From IMG/VR virus record IMGVR_UViG_3300035242_000035, positions 1 to 64,000 of that record: a stretch of 64,000 nucleotides of DNA; one strand, 5' to 3'. The notes below the pieces were generated by a model. It was not told where the DNA came from, searched no databases, and worked only from the letters and a program-made list of their open reading frames with translations. A program made the position numbers and the translations under genes. How positions within the stretch are numbered: the stretch's first letter is position 1; every line of letters begins with the position of its first letter. Below, piece after piece: positions 8,653-17,578 of this stretch. This DNA comes from a virus.

Positions 8653-9293
8653 CGTCCGGCCCTCCAGCGGTTGAGGAACAGTTCGCGGGCGCGCCCCTCG
8701 CACGCGGGGAGCACGTCCTCCACCGTGAGCCCCCGGAGGGTCGGCGGCAGCCATGCGTCCGGCGAGTCGCCGAACGGTTGCACCATCACGAGCCGCTCCA
8801 CCGCCTCGCCCGCCCGCCAGCGTTCGCGCGCGGAGGGTGGCGCGGCGGCCACGAGCCACACGTCACCGGCGCTCGTCTCCACGACGACGGCGGCCCACGT
8901 CCTTTCGACCTCACGCGCGAACCTGGCGCCGATCACCTCAAAGATGCCCGCGGCCGTCGAAGCCTGGCGGTTGCGGCACCCGGCGCACACCAGACGGCCG
9001 TCGGGCCCGGACACCGCCTGGCTGATCGCCGCGTCGTCCAACTCGGCGGAGCACCCGTCGCAGTGCACGAGGTCTTCCACGACGAGCTCGCCCGGCTCGC
9101 CGTTCGGGGTCCTGTAGCCCAGGTAACGCCAGCCGTTGTCCGGGTCGTGGGTCCAGAACGACGCGCCGTCCGTCTGCTCGGCGCACCCGAGGTCCCCCAG
9201 CCTCACCTCGAAGACGCGCGCGCCTCCGCTCTCGGTCGGGCGGAAGGTGATTCGGTGGGTGGGTACGAACTTCACTGCGGCGTCTGGGTCCAC
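8649..9293 (-). CDS. hypothetical protein with central CxxC..CxxC
   Basis: GGAGG SD; stop overlaps the PP2C start. Confidence 0.55.
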   Translation of the reverse strand: MDPDAAVKFVPTHRITFRPTESGGARVFEVRLGDLGCAEQTDGASFWTHDPDNGWRYLGYRTPNGEPGELVVEDLVHCDGCSAELDDAAISQAVSGPDGRLVCAGCRNRQASTAAGIFEVIGARFAREVERTWAAVVVETSAGDVWLVAAAPPSARERWRAGEAVERLVMVQPFGDSPDAWLPPTLRGLTVEDVLPACEGRARELFLNRWRAGR

Positions 9294-9490
9294 GTCGGCC
9301 TCCCTGATTGCTCGCTCTTGGTGTTCGTGGTTGGACGGGCGAGCCTTCCTCCGCCCAACCCCGGCCGCGAGTTATCCTCGCGGCGGTGCGCAATAGGTCT
9401 TTGCTGGTGGAGCCTTCCGCCGCGTACCGCCAAGCCTGCGTCCACCACCGCGCGCTTCACGCGCTCGCGCGGGTATGCCTGGCCCGGCGG

Positions 9491-9772
9491 CTAGGCTGGT
9501 ATCTCCACTTCCCCGGCGAGGATGCGGCCGGCTTGCTCGGCCCACTCCGGCGCCTTATCCCGGTTCCATTCCTCTGCGCCGAAGACGGCGTTGTTGAAGA
9601 CGTATTGCAGTTCATGCCACCGCTGACCGATGCTCTCCGGGGCGGTGAACGCGACAGCCATCTTGAGTCGCTGGAGGTTCCGGCGCAGTTGGCTCCTATC
9701 CTGCGGCACATGTTGGAGCATCGCATCGATCACCTTCGCGATGTCGCGGGGCTTCCACTTGGGTGCTGGCAT
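9491..9772 (-). CDS. hypothetical protein
   Basis: GAGGA SD, protein-like composition. Confidence 0.55.
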   Translation of the reverse strand: MPAPKWKPRDIAKVIDAMLQHVPQDRSQLRRNLQRLKMAVAFTAPESIGQRWHELQYVFNNAVFGAEEWNRDKAPEWAEQAGRILAGEVEIPA

Positions 9773-10122
9773 CGGTCGTCCTCGTCGGCTTCGCGTTGAT
9801 CACCGCGACCTGCGGGTTGCAGCGCTGGAAGGTTGTTCCACCAATTCACGCCAGCGTCGGGAACCGAAGAGAACCCCCAAAACGTGTTGCCATCTTCGGT
9901 CGGCACAGCAGCCACGAGCCAACCGATGGTGTGGGCCGACCGTGAGTCGGGGCGTTCTCTCTTCTGGTCCTTCAAAGCGCACTTGGTGCAGAACAACGCG
10001 GTCGAGCGGGCGTAGGTCTGGTACTCGCGGTACAGGCGGACTCCAGAAGCCCCGCAACCACAGTGGTACTCGGCCGGAGCAGCCTTGTCTGTGTACTTGA
10101 ACGGCGAGGTCTTGACGGTCAT
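9730..10122 (-). CDS. hypothetical Cys-containing protein
   Basis: ORF track; CxC...CxxC, Trp-rich C-terminal part. Confidence 0.55.
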   Translation of the reverse strand: MTVKTSPFKYTDKAAPAEYHCGCGASGVRLYREYQTYARSTALFCTKCALKDQKRERPDSRSAHTIGWLVAAVPTEDGNTFWGFSSVPDAGVNWWNNLPALQPAGRGDQREADEDDRCQHPSGSPATSRR

Positions 10123-10128
10123 TTCAGT

Positions 10129-10638
10129 TTACCCGTCCCACGTGGTGCCGACATCGGTCCTCCTGGCCGGCTGCGCGCGGATCGCAGCGACGAGGGCGTG
10201 CCGGTACTGGTCGGCGCTCAGCGTCCGGCGCAGCGCCCAGAGAATTCGGAGCAGTTCGGCGCGGCGCTTTGTGCAGCGGTAGAGGCGTCTCCAGACGGGA
10301 TACATCCCCTGGAGCCCCAGTCCGGTGATCGCGAGCACCGGTAGCTTGTCGTCCAGCAGCGGGCGGAAGGCCGCGATCATCGAGCACAGGAACAGCAGGT
10401 TCATGTACTTGGCGAGCGCGCCGTAGCACGAGACCATCTTCGCGCGCGGGTCGGGCCCGAACTCGGCCACGCGGTCCGAGATGGACCAGCCGCGCGAGCC
10501 CAGGTAGCCGGCGACCACCGCGACGGCCGACAGATAGTCCACGCGCCCGGCGAGCACCTGCTCCACGGACCACGCCAGGCAGAGCAGGGCGTAGATGACG
10601 GCCGCCTCTAGGTGCCAGGTCTTCAGCTTGCTGTTCAC
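10129..10638 (-). CDS. hypothetical membrane protein
   Basis: GTG after GAGG; about four hydrophobic segments; GTGA overlap. Confidence 0.55.
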   Translation of the reverse strand: MNSKLKTWHLEAAVIYALLCLAWSVEQVLAGRVDYLSAVAVVAGYLGSRGWSISDRVAEFGPDPRAKMVSCYGALAKYMNLLFLCSMIAAFRPLLDDKLPVLAITGLGLQGMYPVWRRLYRCTKRRAELLRILWALRRTLSADQYRHALVAAIRAQPARRTDVGTTWDG

Positions 10639-11180
10639 GGTGCCTCTCCACAGAAGACGAGATCCTTCAGGCGCTCCGCCGGCTGGAGGCCCTGGTGCGC
10701 GGCGCAGATGGGCGCACCGGCCTCGTGCTCCTTCCCGAGTCGGACCTGGCCATCGACTACGGCTCCGACATGGAACGGGATAACCATCGTCCAGACCGCA
10801 TGGGCTCCACGGCATTCAGCGCACGGCTGGGTGCCGGAGGGGAAGCAGCGGAAGAGGCCAGCGAGCAGTTCCGGTAGATCGCCGGCGCCGATCATCCCAA
10901 CGGCCACCTGGTCGCAGGTCACGATGGCCTGGAGGCGCTCCACGACGTGGAGCGGGTGATCGGAGCAGACGACTGCGCCGGCTGGCAACTCGGCGCCGAG
11001 TTGGACGGAGAATGCCTGAAGGGTGCCGGCCTGGAACGGCACCAGCATCGTCCAACCCGACCTGATCTTCCTGCCGCACTGTTGGCACGGAGCGGAGGGC
11101 TTCAGCTTGACGAACCTGATGACCGCCGTCGTGCCTGGGTGGAAACCGGGGTTCTCGGCCGCCGGGTAGAAGCGCTTCAT
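10635..11180 (-). CDS. hypothetical protein with duplicated CxxC...CxxH module
   Basis: two copies of CxxC..WTM..PF..G..LG.E..AGA..C..H. Confidence 0.6.
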   Translation of the reverse strand: MKRFYPAAENPGFHPGTTAVIRFVKLKPSAPCQQCGRKIRSGWTMLVPFQAGTLQAFSVQLGAELPAGAVVCSDHPLHVVERLQAIVTCDQVAVGMIGAGDLPELLAGLFRCFPSGTQPCAECRGAHAVWTMVIPFHVGAVVDGQVRLGKEHEAGAPICAAHQGLQPAERLKDLVFCGEAP

Positions 11181-11304
11181 GACGCAGCCCCCGGAACGTC
11201 TGGATCGACGGTGACAGAGTAGGAAGCGGCGCTGTTCGCGGGGAACTGCATGGGGTGCCTCTCCTTTCCACTGCGCGCCCGGCCTTGCCCGCCAGACGAG
11301 GCGA

Positions 11305-11332
11305 ATAATACACGTTCGGAGTCCAGATGCAA
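11305..11332 (-). promoter_or_regulatory. sigma70-like promoter/operator, copy 1
   Basis: TTGCAT-N16-TATTAT with degenerate GGAnTCC core; same motif at 19658, 36990, 42683. Confidence 0.65.
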
Positions 11333-11394
11333 GGCATTGCGTTCTGGATGCGGAACGGTAGTAGCCTCGCGCCGTCGCCAACCCGGAGGACCAC

Positions 11395-11868
11395 ATGTTG
11401 AAACCGCTGAAGTGGTTGTTCTTCTTGGTGCTTGCCCTGCCGGGGCTCGCGCTCGCGCAGCAGGCCCGGCCGTTCGACCCCGGGCAGGTCGCCAGTGGCG
11501 GACCGATTGACGGCTCCGCGCTCGTCCTCCTGCTCGTCCGAGCCGTGCAGGATGGGCAGTGGCTGCTCGTGCTGAGCCTGGTGGTGATCGGCTCGGTGTG
11601 GTTCTCGCGCTCGTTCCTGGGGCCCTACGTGCCGTGGCTCGCGACCTCGCGCGGCGGCGCGGTGCTCTCGCTGGTGGGCGGTCAGGCGGCGGCCTTCGCC
11701 AACGCCGCCGTGACCGGCCAGATGGGCATGGAGACCCTTGTCCGCGGGCTGGTAGCGGCGTTCATCGCCTCCGGTGGGTGGAGCCTCATCAAGGCCATCC
11801 TGCCGGAGCCGAAGCGGGAGCATCTGGGCGAGGATCAGGGGCTGGGCACTGCAGCACGTGGCCCATAG
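11395..11868 (+). CDS. holin-like membrane protein
   Basis: GGAGG SD; several TM segments; 'PWLATSRGGAVL', 'AFIASGGWSLIK', charged C-tail. Confidence 0.55.
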   Translation: MLKPLKWLFFLVLALPGLALAQQARPFDPGQVASGGPIDGSALVLLLVRAVQDGQWLLVLSLVVIGSVWFSRSFLGPYVPWLATSRGGAVLSLVGGQAAAFANAAVTGQMGMETLVRGLVAAFIASGGWSLIKAILPEPKREHLGEDQGLGTAARGP

Positions 11869-11871
11869 GGC

Positions 11872-12150
11872 ATGTCCGACATGAACACGCCCAACTGCCC
11901 GCCGGGACACAATAAGATGTACCTGGAGATTCCATCGGTCGACGGTGAGAGGCTCGTGGTTAGCCACGAGGCTGTCGTGCTGCCCGGGACGAATTCGGAA
12001 GGGTGCTTCTGGGAGGGGTCCGTCGATCTCGTCCATGGCGAGAAGACTGTGATCTGCCTCACGTTTGATGAGGCGGTGAAGGTTCGAGACGCGCTGATCG
12101 CCTTCATTCGGGATCACCAGCCGGCAGCCGACACGCCTCAGCGGCAGTAG
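11872..12150 (+). CDS. hypothetical protein
   Basis: ORF directly after the holin-like gene. Confidence 0.4.
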   Translation: MSDMNTPNCPPGHNKMYLEIPSVDGERLVVSHEAVVLPGTNSEGCFWEGSVDLVHGEKTVICLTFDEAVKVRDALIAFIRDHQPAADTPQRQ

Positions 12151-12578
12151 GTCTTCAGCAGGTGGGCCCAGAAGTCGGCGGCCACGCCGAGCGCGCGCCG
12201 CGCCCTGGCCCAGTTCGGCGCGCACCACTTGCACGGGCAGGCGATCTTCCCGGTGTGGACGTCCTGGTCGAGCAGCTTGGGGACGCCGACCTCCTCAAGG
12301 ATCTCGTAGATTTTGAAGACCGAGCAGCAACACCTGAGCGTCAACTCGCCGAAGCCGCTGCCGTTCGGCACCCGGTTCTCCACGCGCCAGTCCCACGGCA
12401 GGATCTGCCAGTGCCAGTCGCAGGTGATCCGGCCCCGAGGGATGGTGGTGGGGCAGGGCTGGATGGGGCACGGCTTACCGTTGCGGACCTTGTGCGGTTG
12501 CACCGGCTGGCCATGCTCCTCGCGCAGCCGGGCCTTCTCGGCCGAGGCGCTCACCATCCTGCGCGGGTCCACGCTCAT
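12138..12578 (-). CDS. Cys-rich hypothetical protein
   Basis: ATGA overlap with upstream gene; several Cys pairs. Confidence 0.55.
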   Translation of the reverse strand: MSVDPRRMVSASAEKARLREEHGQPVQPHKVRNGKPCPIQPCPTTIPRGRITCDWHWQILPWDWRVENRVPNGSGFGELTLRCCCSVFKIYEILEEVGVPKLLDQDVHTGKIACPCKWCAPNWARARRALGVAADFWAHLLKTYCR

Positions 12579-12829
12579 AGTGGCCCACCGGCCAGGTGCC
12601 CGCGAGCCTTCTGGTCGCTCTTCATCGCCCGGAGCAGGCGCCTCACGTCGGGCTGGTCGAGCGCGTTGCAGAGCAGGGCGAGCTTGGCCACCGCCGCGGT
12701 CGCCTGCTCGCGGTCGGCGTTGTCGCTCCAGTCCACCGCGACGCGCGCGCCGTCCAACTCCAGCACCACGGCCGCGTCCCCGGTCTTGTACTCCTTGCCG
12801 ACGTTCATCCTCACGCGGCGCCCCCTCAA
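12575..12829 (-). CDS. hypothetical protein
   Basis: overlaps neighbours at both ends. Confidence 0.5.
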   Translation of the reverse strand: MRGRRVRMNVGKEYKTGDAAVVLELDGARVAVDWSDNADREQATAAVAKLALLCNALDQPDVRRLLRAMKSDQKARGHLAGGPL

Positions 12830-13386
12830 CTCGGGACTTCAGCGGTGACCAGCCATCGCCCGACGAAGTGCCCGGCCGGGTTGGGTGCCTCCGGGTCCTC
12901 GCTGGTGACCCTCACCTCCTCGCCGACCACGACGACGACCAGGTGCTGGCGGAGCCGCACGCCGAGCCTCAGCGCCTCGGCCAGCGCGTCCTCGACGGCC
13001 GGGTGGATGCCGGTGTCGAAGAGCAGCGACGACGACGCCACCTCCTTGAGGAAGGTCGGGGCCCGGAGGTGGCCGCAGGCGTTGTCCTCGTCGCAGTGGA
13101 AGAGCTTCTTCTTCTGGCCTTGGAAGTCGTCCGGGACCAGCGCGCCGACTGCCTCCAGATCCGCCAGCCAGGCGGGGATCACGTCCTCCGCCATGGCCTT
13201 TCGCATTGCCTCCGCGTCCGGCTTGGAGGCGAGGATCTGCTGAACGCGCGCGGCCAACTTTTGCATGGCGTCCCTGTAGACGTGCGCGTCCAGCCACACG
13301 TCCGGGGCGATGCAAACGGCGATTGACGTCCCGTCGGGCTCGTCATTGATCTCAGCGCGGATGGTCCTGCTGTTCTTGGTGTCCAC
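12826..13386 (-). CDS. hypothetical protein
   Basis: GTG start after GAGGA/AAGGA. Confidence 0.5.
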   Translation of the reverse strand: MDTKNSRTIRAEINDEPDGTSIAVCIAPDVWLDAHVYRDAMQKLAARVQQILASKPDAEAMRKAMAEDVIPAWLADLEAVGALVPDDFQGQKKKLFHCDEDNACGHLRAPTFLKEVASSSLLFDTGIHPAVEDALAEALRLGVRLRQHLVVVVVGEEVRVTSEDPEAPNPAGHFVGRWLVTAEVPS

Positions 13387-13446
13387 GTCCTTGTTCCTCC
13401 TCGAGCTAGTCGGCGCGTCATCACCAGGGAAGCGACTTCTCACGGG

Positions 13447-14385
13447 TCACCCCCGCTTGCAGATCCGGCGGAACGCGCAGCGCCGGCACTCGTCCAGGTC
13501 GTCCGTCATGGGGAAGTGCTCCATCGGCAGCGGCTCGTTCTTCGCGGGGTCCTTGAGAACCGCCCGCATGGCCGCGACGCTGGCCGCCATCCGCCCTCGG
13601 AAGGACTCCATCTCGGCCGGGCCCACGACGGACTCCCCCGTCTTCCCCTGCGTCAGGTAGACCAGCGAGACGCGGAGCGGCCCTGAGCCCGGCAGGACCC
13701 CGCCGTTGCGCGCCGCCAGCCCCGTGGCGTAGCCCGCCATCTGGTCTAGGTGCAGCTGCTTGGGTTTGCCGGTCTTCCAGTCCACCACCCACGCCGCCCC
13801 GTTGTCGTCGATGAACGCGAGGTCCGGCATGGTCCAGAGTTTCACCCCGTCCACCACCACCGAGGTCTTCTCCAGGTCCCCGTCGTCCACCGCCAACCAG
13901 CGGTCCTTGGGCAGCGTCCGGGTGCGCTCGAGCCAGCCGCTCTCTTTGAACCACCACATCAGCCCAGCCCGGGTGCGCTCCCAGACCATCGCCCACCGCG
14001 CCTGCTCCACTGGCTCCGAGTACTCGTGCTCCAGCAGGCCCCAGAAGCCGCGGCCGTTCTTGGCGTCGCGGCGGCCGTTTCTCGACGCGAGCCACTCGCG
14101 CCTGAAGACCTCGTGCGCCGCGCCCACCTTCTGGTCCGCCGACACGTCGAGCCCGGCCTTCGTCTCCAGCAGGGAGCGGGTGATCGTGTCGTGAGCGATG
14201 CCGCCGGCCCACGTCCAGCGGTCGTCGAGCTTCTTGAGTCGGTACGCCTCGCGTTGGATGCCGCTCGCGTCGCGCCGCCAACCACCCCAGCTCAGATAGT
14301 AGTTGTGAAAGTAGGCCCTCTTGCATTGCTCGAAGAGTTCGCGCCGCGAATGCGAATAGCTGAACTCGTTCACGAAGTCGCCCAT
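13447..14385 (-). CDS. PD-(D/E)XK nuclease (RecB/Cas4-like)
   Basis: SYS...QCKRAY, MPDLAF...VVDWKTG, QMAGY, C-terminal CRRCAFRRIC. Confidence 0.85.
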   Translation of the reverse strand: MGDFVNEFSYSHSRRELFEQCKRAYFHNYYLSWGGWRRDASGIQREAYRLKKLDDRWTWAGGIAHDTITRSLLETKAGLDVSADQKVGAAHEVFRREWLASRNGRRDAKNGRGFWGLLEHEYSEPVEQARWAMVWERTRAGLMWWFKESGWLERTRTLPKDRWLAVDDGDLEKTSVVVDGVKLWTMPDLAFIDDNGAAWVVDWKTGKPKQLHLDQMAGYATGLAARNGGVLPGSGPLRVSLVYLTQGKTGESVVGPAEMESFRGRMAASVAAMRAVLKDPAKNEPLPMEHFPMTDDLDECRRCAFRRICKRG

Positions 14386-14408
14386 CGCGCGCCCCCTGGT
14401 GATGCCGC

Positions 14409-16136
14409 CTACTTCTTCCTCTTGGCGCTCTTGCCCCGCGCCTTCCCCTTCTTCTCCGCCGGCTTGGCCTCGGTCCCCTTCTCTGCCTCCAACTGAGCGC
14501 GCACCCTGGCCTCCAGCGCCTTCACGTCCACGTCCAACTTCTTGCCCAGGGGGCGCAAGTCCTCGGAGTCCACCCCGGCCATGATGTCGATGAGGGCCAA
14601 CTCGAGGCCCCAGCCGGCGAGCTCGCGGATCGGCATCTTGCCGACCCGCTTCATCAACTCATCCAGGCCGCCCTCGATCCCGCGCCGTTCCGCGAGCGTC
14701 CGCCAGTTACCGACGTGCAGCTGCGACTCCACGATCACCCGCCAGCCCTCGGCGCCGAGCCCGCTCTTCTCTGTGCCGGAGACGGCCTCCTCGACGAACG
14801 CCTCCCGCGCGGCGCCGCGTACCTTCTCCTCGGCCTCGCGCTGCCCCTGTTCCTCGGGGGCGTCCTTGATCGACGGGCGGTTGTTCGCCTCGGCCCGCTG
14901 GGCTGTGAACCTGTGCCCCTCCTTCTTCAGAGCGGCCAGCGCCTCGGCCCGGTCGACCAACTCGTGGGGCCTCACGTCCATGTCCGGAACCGCCGTCACC
15001 GGCGGGATCGACTCGCCGAGCAGCTCCCGCCAGGTCCGCTTCCGCTTGTCCTCGTGGCAGGGGCCGTCCAGGTCCACGAACGGGGCGTTCATCGCCAGCT
15101 GGCCGTTGGGGAAGATCTCCTTGCCCTCCCTGATGCTCATCGCCTTGTGGCCCTTCTCCTTCGCCCGCTCTTGCTCGCGGGCCCACAGCGCGGCGACCTT
15201 CTCCTTGTAGCAGGCCGGCTTCAGGCAGTACGGCCTGGACCGGCTCTCGAAAAGGTCCCCAGGCTGCCGGTCGGAGTTGTGGGGGCAGGTGGTGCACGGG
15301 CCGGCGGCCATCACCAGCACGTCGTCCTTCCGGTCGAACGGCGCCCGGCCGAGATCCAGCATGTAGTTGTCCCGGATGTGCCGCGCCGCCTCCCTGCTCG
15401 GGAGCGGACGGCGGTCCTCCTCGCGCTCGGTCTTGGGGCGCATCGACACGAGCCAGGCCACGCACTTGGCCTGCTGGGCCGGGTCCGGGATGCGCGCGAC
15501 CTGCTGAGCCACCGTGGATTCGATCTGCTTCAGCTCGAGCGCACGCCGCCCCTCGGGGCAGAGATAGAACAGGGCGCGCAGGCTATAGACGTGGGCCTCC
15601 GAGCGCCGCATCTTCTCCGCCACCTCCTCGACTCGGCGGCCGAGCCCGCCCTCCTCCACCGGCAGGGTCATCCGGTAGTACTCTAGGCCCTCCTCGAGCG
15701 GGGTCAGGTCGTCGCGGTGGAGGTTCTCCGCCATCCGGGCGTCGAAGACCTGCTCGTCGGTCATCTGCCGGACGAGGGCCTGGGTCTCCTCCATCCCGGC
15801 CAGCATTGCCGCCCGGACGCGCCGATGCCCGGCGACCACCTGCAGTCGGCCGTCGTCGAGCAGCCGGAGCAGGGGAGGCTGGATGATCCCGTGCTGTCGG
15901 ATGGAGTCCGCGAGGTCGCGGAGCTTCACCTCGTCGAACGTCTTCCGAGGCTGCTCCCCGCCGACGAGCACATCCGCCAGGCGGACGCTGCGCAGGGCCG
16001 CGCCGTGCTTCAGCTGCGCCAGCAACTCGGACTCCTCGCGCTTGGAGCCGAGCACGGCCAGCGCCATCGTCGGCCCGGCGTGGCCCACAACAGCGGGGTG
16101 TGAGCTCTCGGTCACGGCTTCGGGTGTCGTTGCCAT
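14409..16136 (-). CDS. ParB/RepB/Spo0J family protein with long C-terminal extension
   Basis: QPRKTF, LADSIRQHGIIQP, VVAGHRRVRA, ENLHRDDLTPLEE, HTH; CTTC...C...C. Confidence 0.9.
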   Translation of the reverse strand: MATTPEAVTESSHPAVVGHAGPTMALAVLGSKREESELLAQLKHGAALRSVRLADVLVGGEQPRKTFDEVKLRDLADSIRQHGIIQPPLLRLLDDGRLQVVAGHRRVRAAMLAGMEETQALVRQMTDEQVFDARMAENLHRDDLTPLEEGLEYYRMTLPVEEGGLGRRVEEVAEKMRRSEAHVYSLRALFYLCPEGRRALELKQIESTVAQQVARIPDPAQQAKCVAWLVSMRPKTEREEDRRPLPSREAARHIRDNYMLDLGRAPFDRKDDVLVMAAGPCTTCPHNSDRQPGDLFESRSRPYCLKPACYKEKVAALWAREQERAKEKGHKAMSIREGKEIFPNGQLAMNAPFVDLDGPCHEDKRKRTWRELLGESIPPVTAVPDMDVRPHELVDRAEALAALKKEGHRFTAQRAEANNRPSIKDAPEEQGQREAEEKVRGAAREAFVEEAVSGTEKSGLGAEGWRVIVESQLHVGNWRTLAERRGIEGGLDELMKRVGKMPIRELAGWGLELALIDIMAGVDSEDLRPLGKKLDVDVKALEARVRAQLEAEKGTEAKPAEKKGKARGKSAKRKK

Positions 16137-16170
16137 CGGTTCCTCGTTCTAGTGGTGGTTGTGGTGTGGT

Positions 16171-16920
16171 CTACGGGTCCGCGCTCGGGCGGATGTCGTC
16201 GAGCCTCATGGCGCCAGACGCCAGCGGCGCGAGGTGGAACCCAGTGATGGGACGGGACCCGAAGAAGAAGGTCCCGAAGCCCTCCGGCTTGAGCTCAAGT
16301 CCGCCAGACTGCTCGCGCAGCCATCTCATCCCGCGGCCCCAGGCGGTCGCCTGGTCCTCCTCGGCGGCGTCTTCATTGTGCGGCGAGAAGGAGTCGCAGA
16401 CGCTGTAGGAAAGGACTACCGGGGCGTCCTCGCGCGCCCGTAGCCACGGGAGCAACTCCGCCCACCCCTGTTTGTGCCTGAACAGCCCGACTCGACAGCC
16501 GTGGTCGATGATATCCGCCAACCACGCTCGGTTGTGGCCGTCGACCCACGAGTGAATCTCGCACTGCCCATGGATTCGCGCGGCCAGGCACAGCGGACCT
16601 GGCCCGACCGCGATCGCCGTGTTGAGCGCGAGTGTGAACGGGTCCGCTGTCTCGTCCGTGCCCGGGAACGTCAGGTGCAGATCGTCAGAGACCGACAACG
16701 CCGCTTCGGCGCTCTTCGCGAAATGCTCTGGCGCGGTCGTCCGGAGGTAGTGCGACGCCGGCACCATCCGCCGAAGCCAGTGCGGCGACTCCTGGGTGTC
16801 CCGGATGGCCCCGATCGCGGCCATCAACACGTGGTTGCACAGGTTGCCGAAGTGGCGCCGCTCGGAGCCGCGTATCGCCTTCGTGCCCTCGTCCTTGGTG
16901 TGAAAGTAGATGGCGCTCAT
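16171..16920 (-). CDS. hypothetical protein
   Basis: ATG at 16920 overlapping upstream stop. Confidence 0.6.
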   Translation of the reverse strand: MSAIYFHTKDEGTKAIRGSERRHFGNLCNHVLMAAIGAIRDTQESPHWLRRMVPASHYLRTTAPEHFAKSAEAALSVSDDLHLTFPGTDETADPFTLALNTAIAVGPGPLCLAARIHGQCEIHSWVDGHNRAWLADIIDHGCRVGLFRHKQGWAELLPWLRAREDAPVVLSYSVCDSFSPHNEDAAEEDQATAWGRGMRWLREQSGGLELKPEGFGTFFFGSRPITGFHLAPLASGAMRLDDIRPSADP

Positions 16921-17255
16921 GAGCCGGACCCGCGCGTGGCGGCGGGCTTCCAGCCGACCGTCTTCTTCAGGATCACCAGGCAGGCGTCGCTGACCTTCCC
17001 GTCCCCGTACAACTTGGTGAGGTAGTCTTTGAACGCCGGCTCGCAGCGCACCTGGATCTTGGCGGACCTGGAGCCGTCTCGGACCTTGCCGGCCTTCTGC
17101 AGGTTGGGGGAGCGGCGCAGGGCGCGGGTGTAGTGCATCCGGCACAGCCTCCACGGCCCGCCGCCCTCATTCACGGGGCGCGGGTCCTGGTGGAAGCCTT
17201 CGCGGCCGCAGTACTTGCAGGTCCCCAGGCCAACCTCTCTCTTGGCTCTCGACAC
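16917..17255 (-). CDS. Zn-finger plus RHH-like small DNA-binding protein
   Basis: CKYC...CRMHY; 'KIQVRCEPAFKDYL...VSDAC'; GGAG SD. Confidence 0.5.
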   Translation of the reverse strand: MSRAKREVGLGTCKYCGREGFHQDPRPVNEGGGPWRLCRMHYTRALRRSPNLQKAGKVRDGSRSAKIQVRCEPAFKDYLTKLYGDGKVSDACLVILKKTVGWKPAATRGSGS

Positions 17256-17281
17256 GTTCTCTCCCTCCGATTGGCGACCGC

Positions 17282-17575
17282 TCAGATCGCCGACTTGATC
17301 GACTTCAGGTCCACGCCTTCCGACTCCAGCAGGGCCGCGAGCTGAGCGGCGGTGGCCTCTGCCGCGGCGGCGCGCTCGAGCGCCAACTCCAGGGCGTCGG
17401 CCGGCTCGTGGCCGCGCGTGGGCTGCGTCTTGCCCCAGACGCGCCAAGCCCGCCGCTGGGCCGCAGCCGCCCGCCGGTACTTGGCGACGGCCTGGATCAG
17501 CGGGTGCGTCGTCGGGAGCGTCAGGGCGTTGGCCGGGATGGTGATGTTCAGCTTCGGTTCGGTGCGGTCGGTCAT
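17282..17575 (-). CDS. hypothetical protein
   Basis: ORF packed in operon. Confidence 0.5.
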   Translation of the reverse strand: MTDRTEPKLNITIPANALTLPTTHPLIQAVAKYRRAAAAQRRAWRVWGKTQPTRGHEPADALELALERAAAAEATAAQLAALLESEGVDLKSIKSAI

Positions 17576-17578
17576 GGC

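Noticed and set aside
13447-14385. Cas4 as part of a CRISPR-Cas locus
   Set aside because: No other cas genes or array; stand-alone PD-(D/E)XK nucleases are common in phage recombination arms
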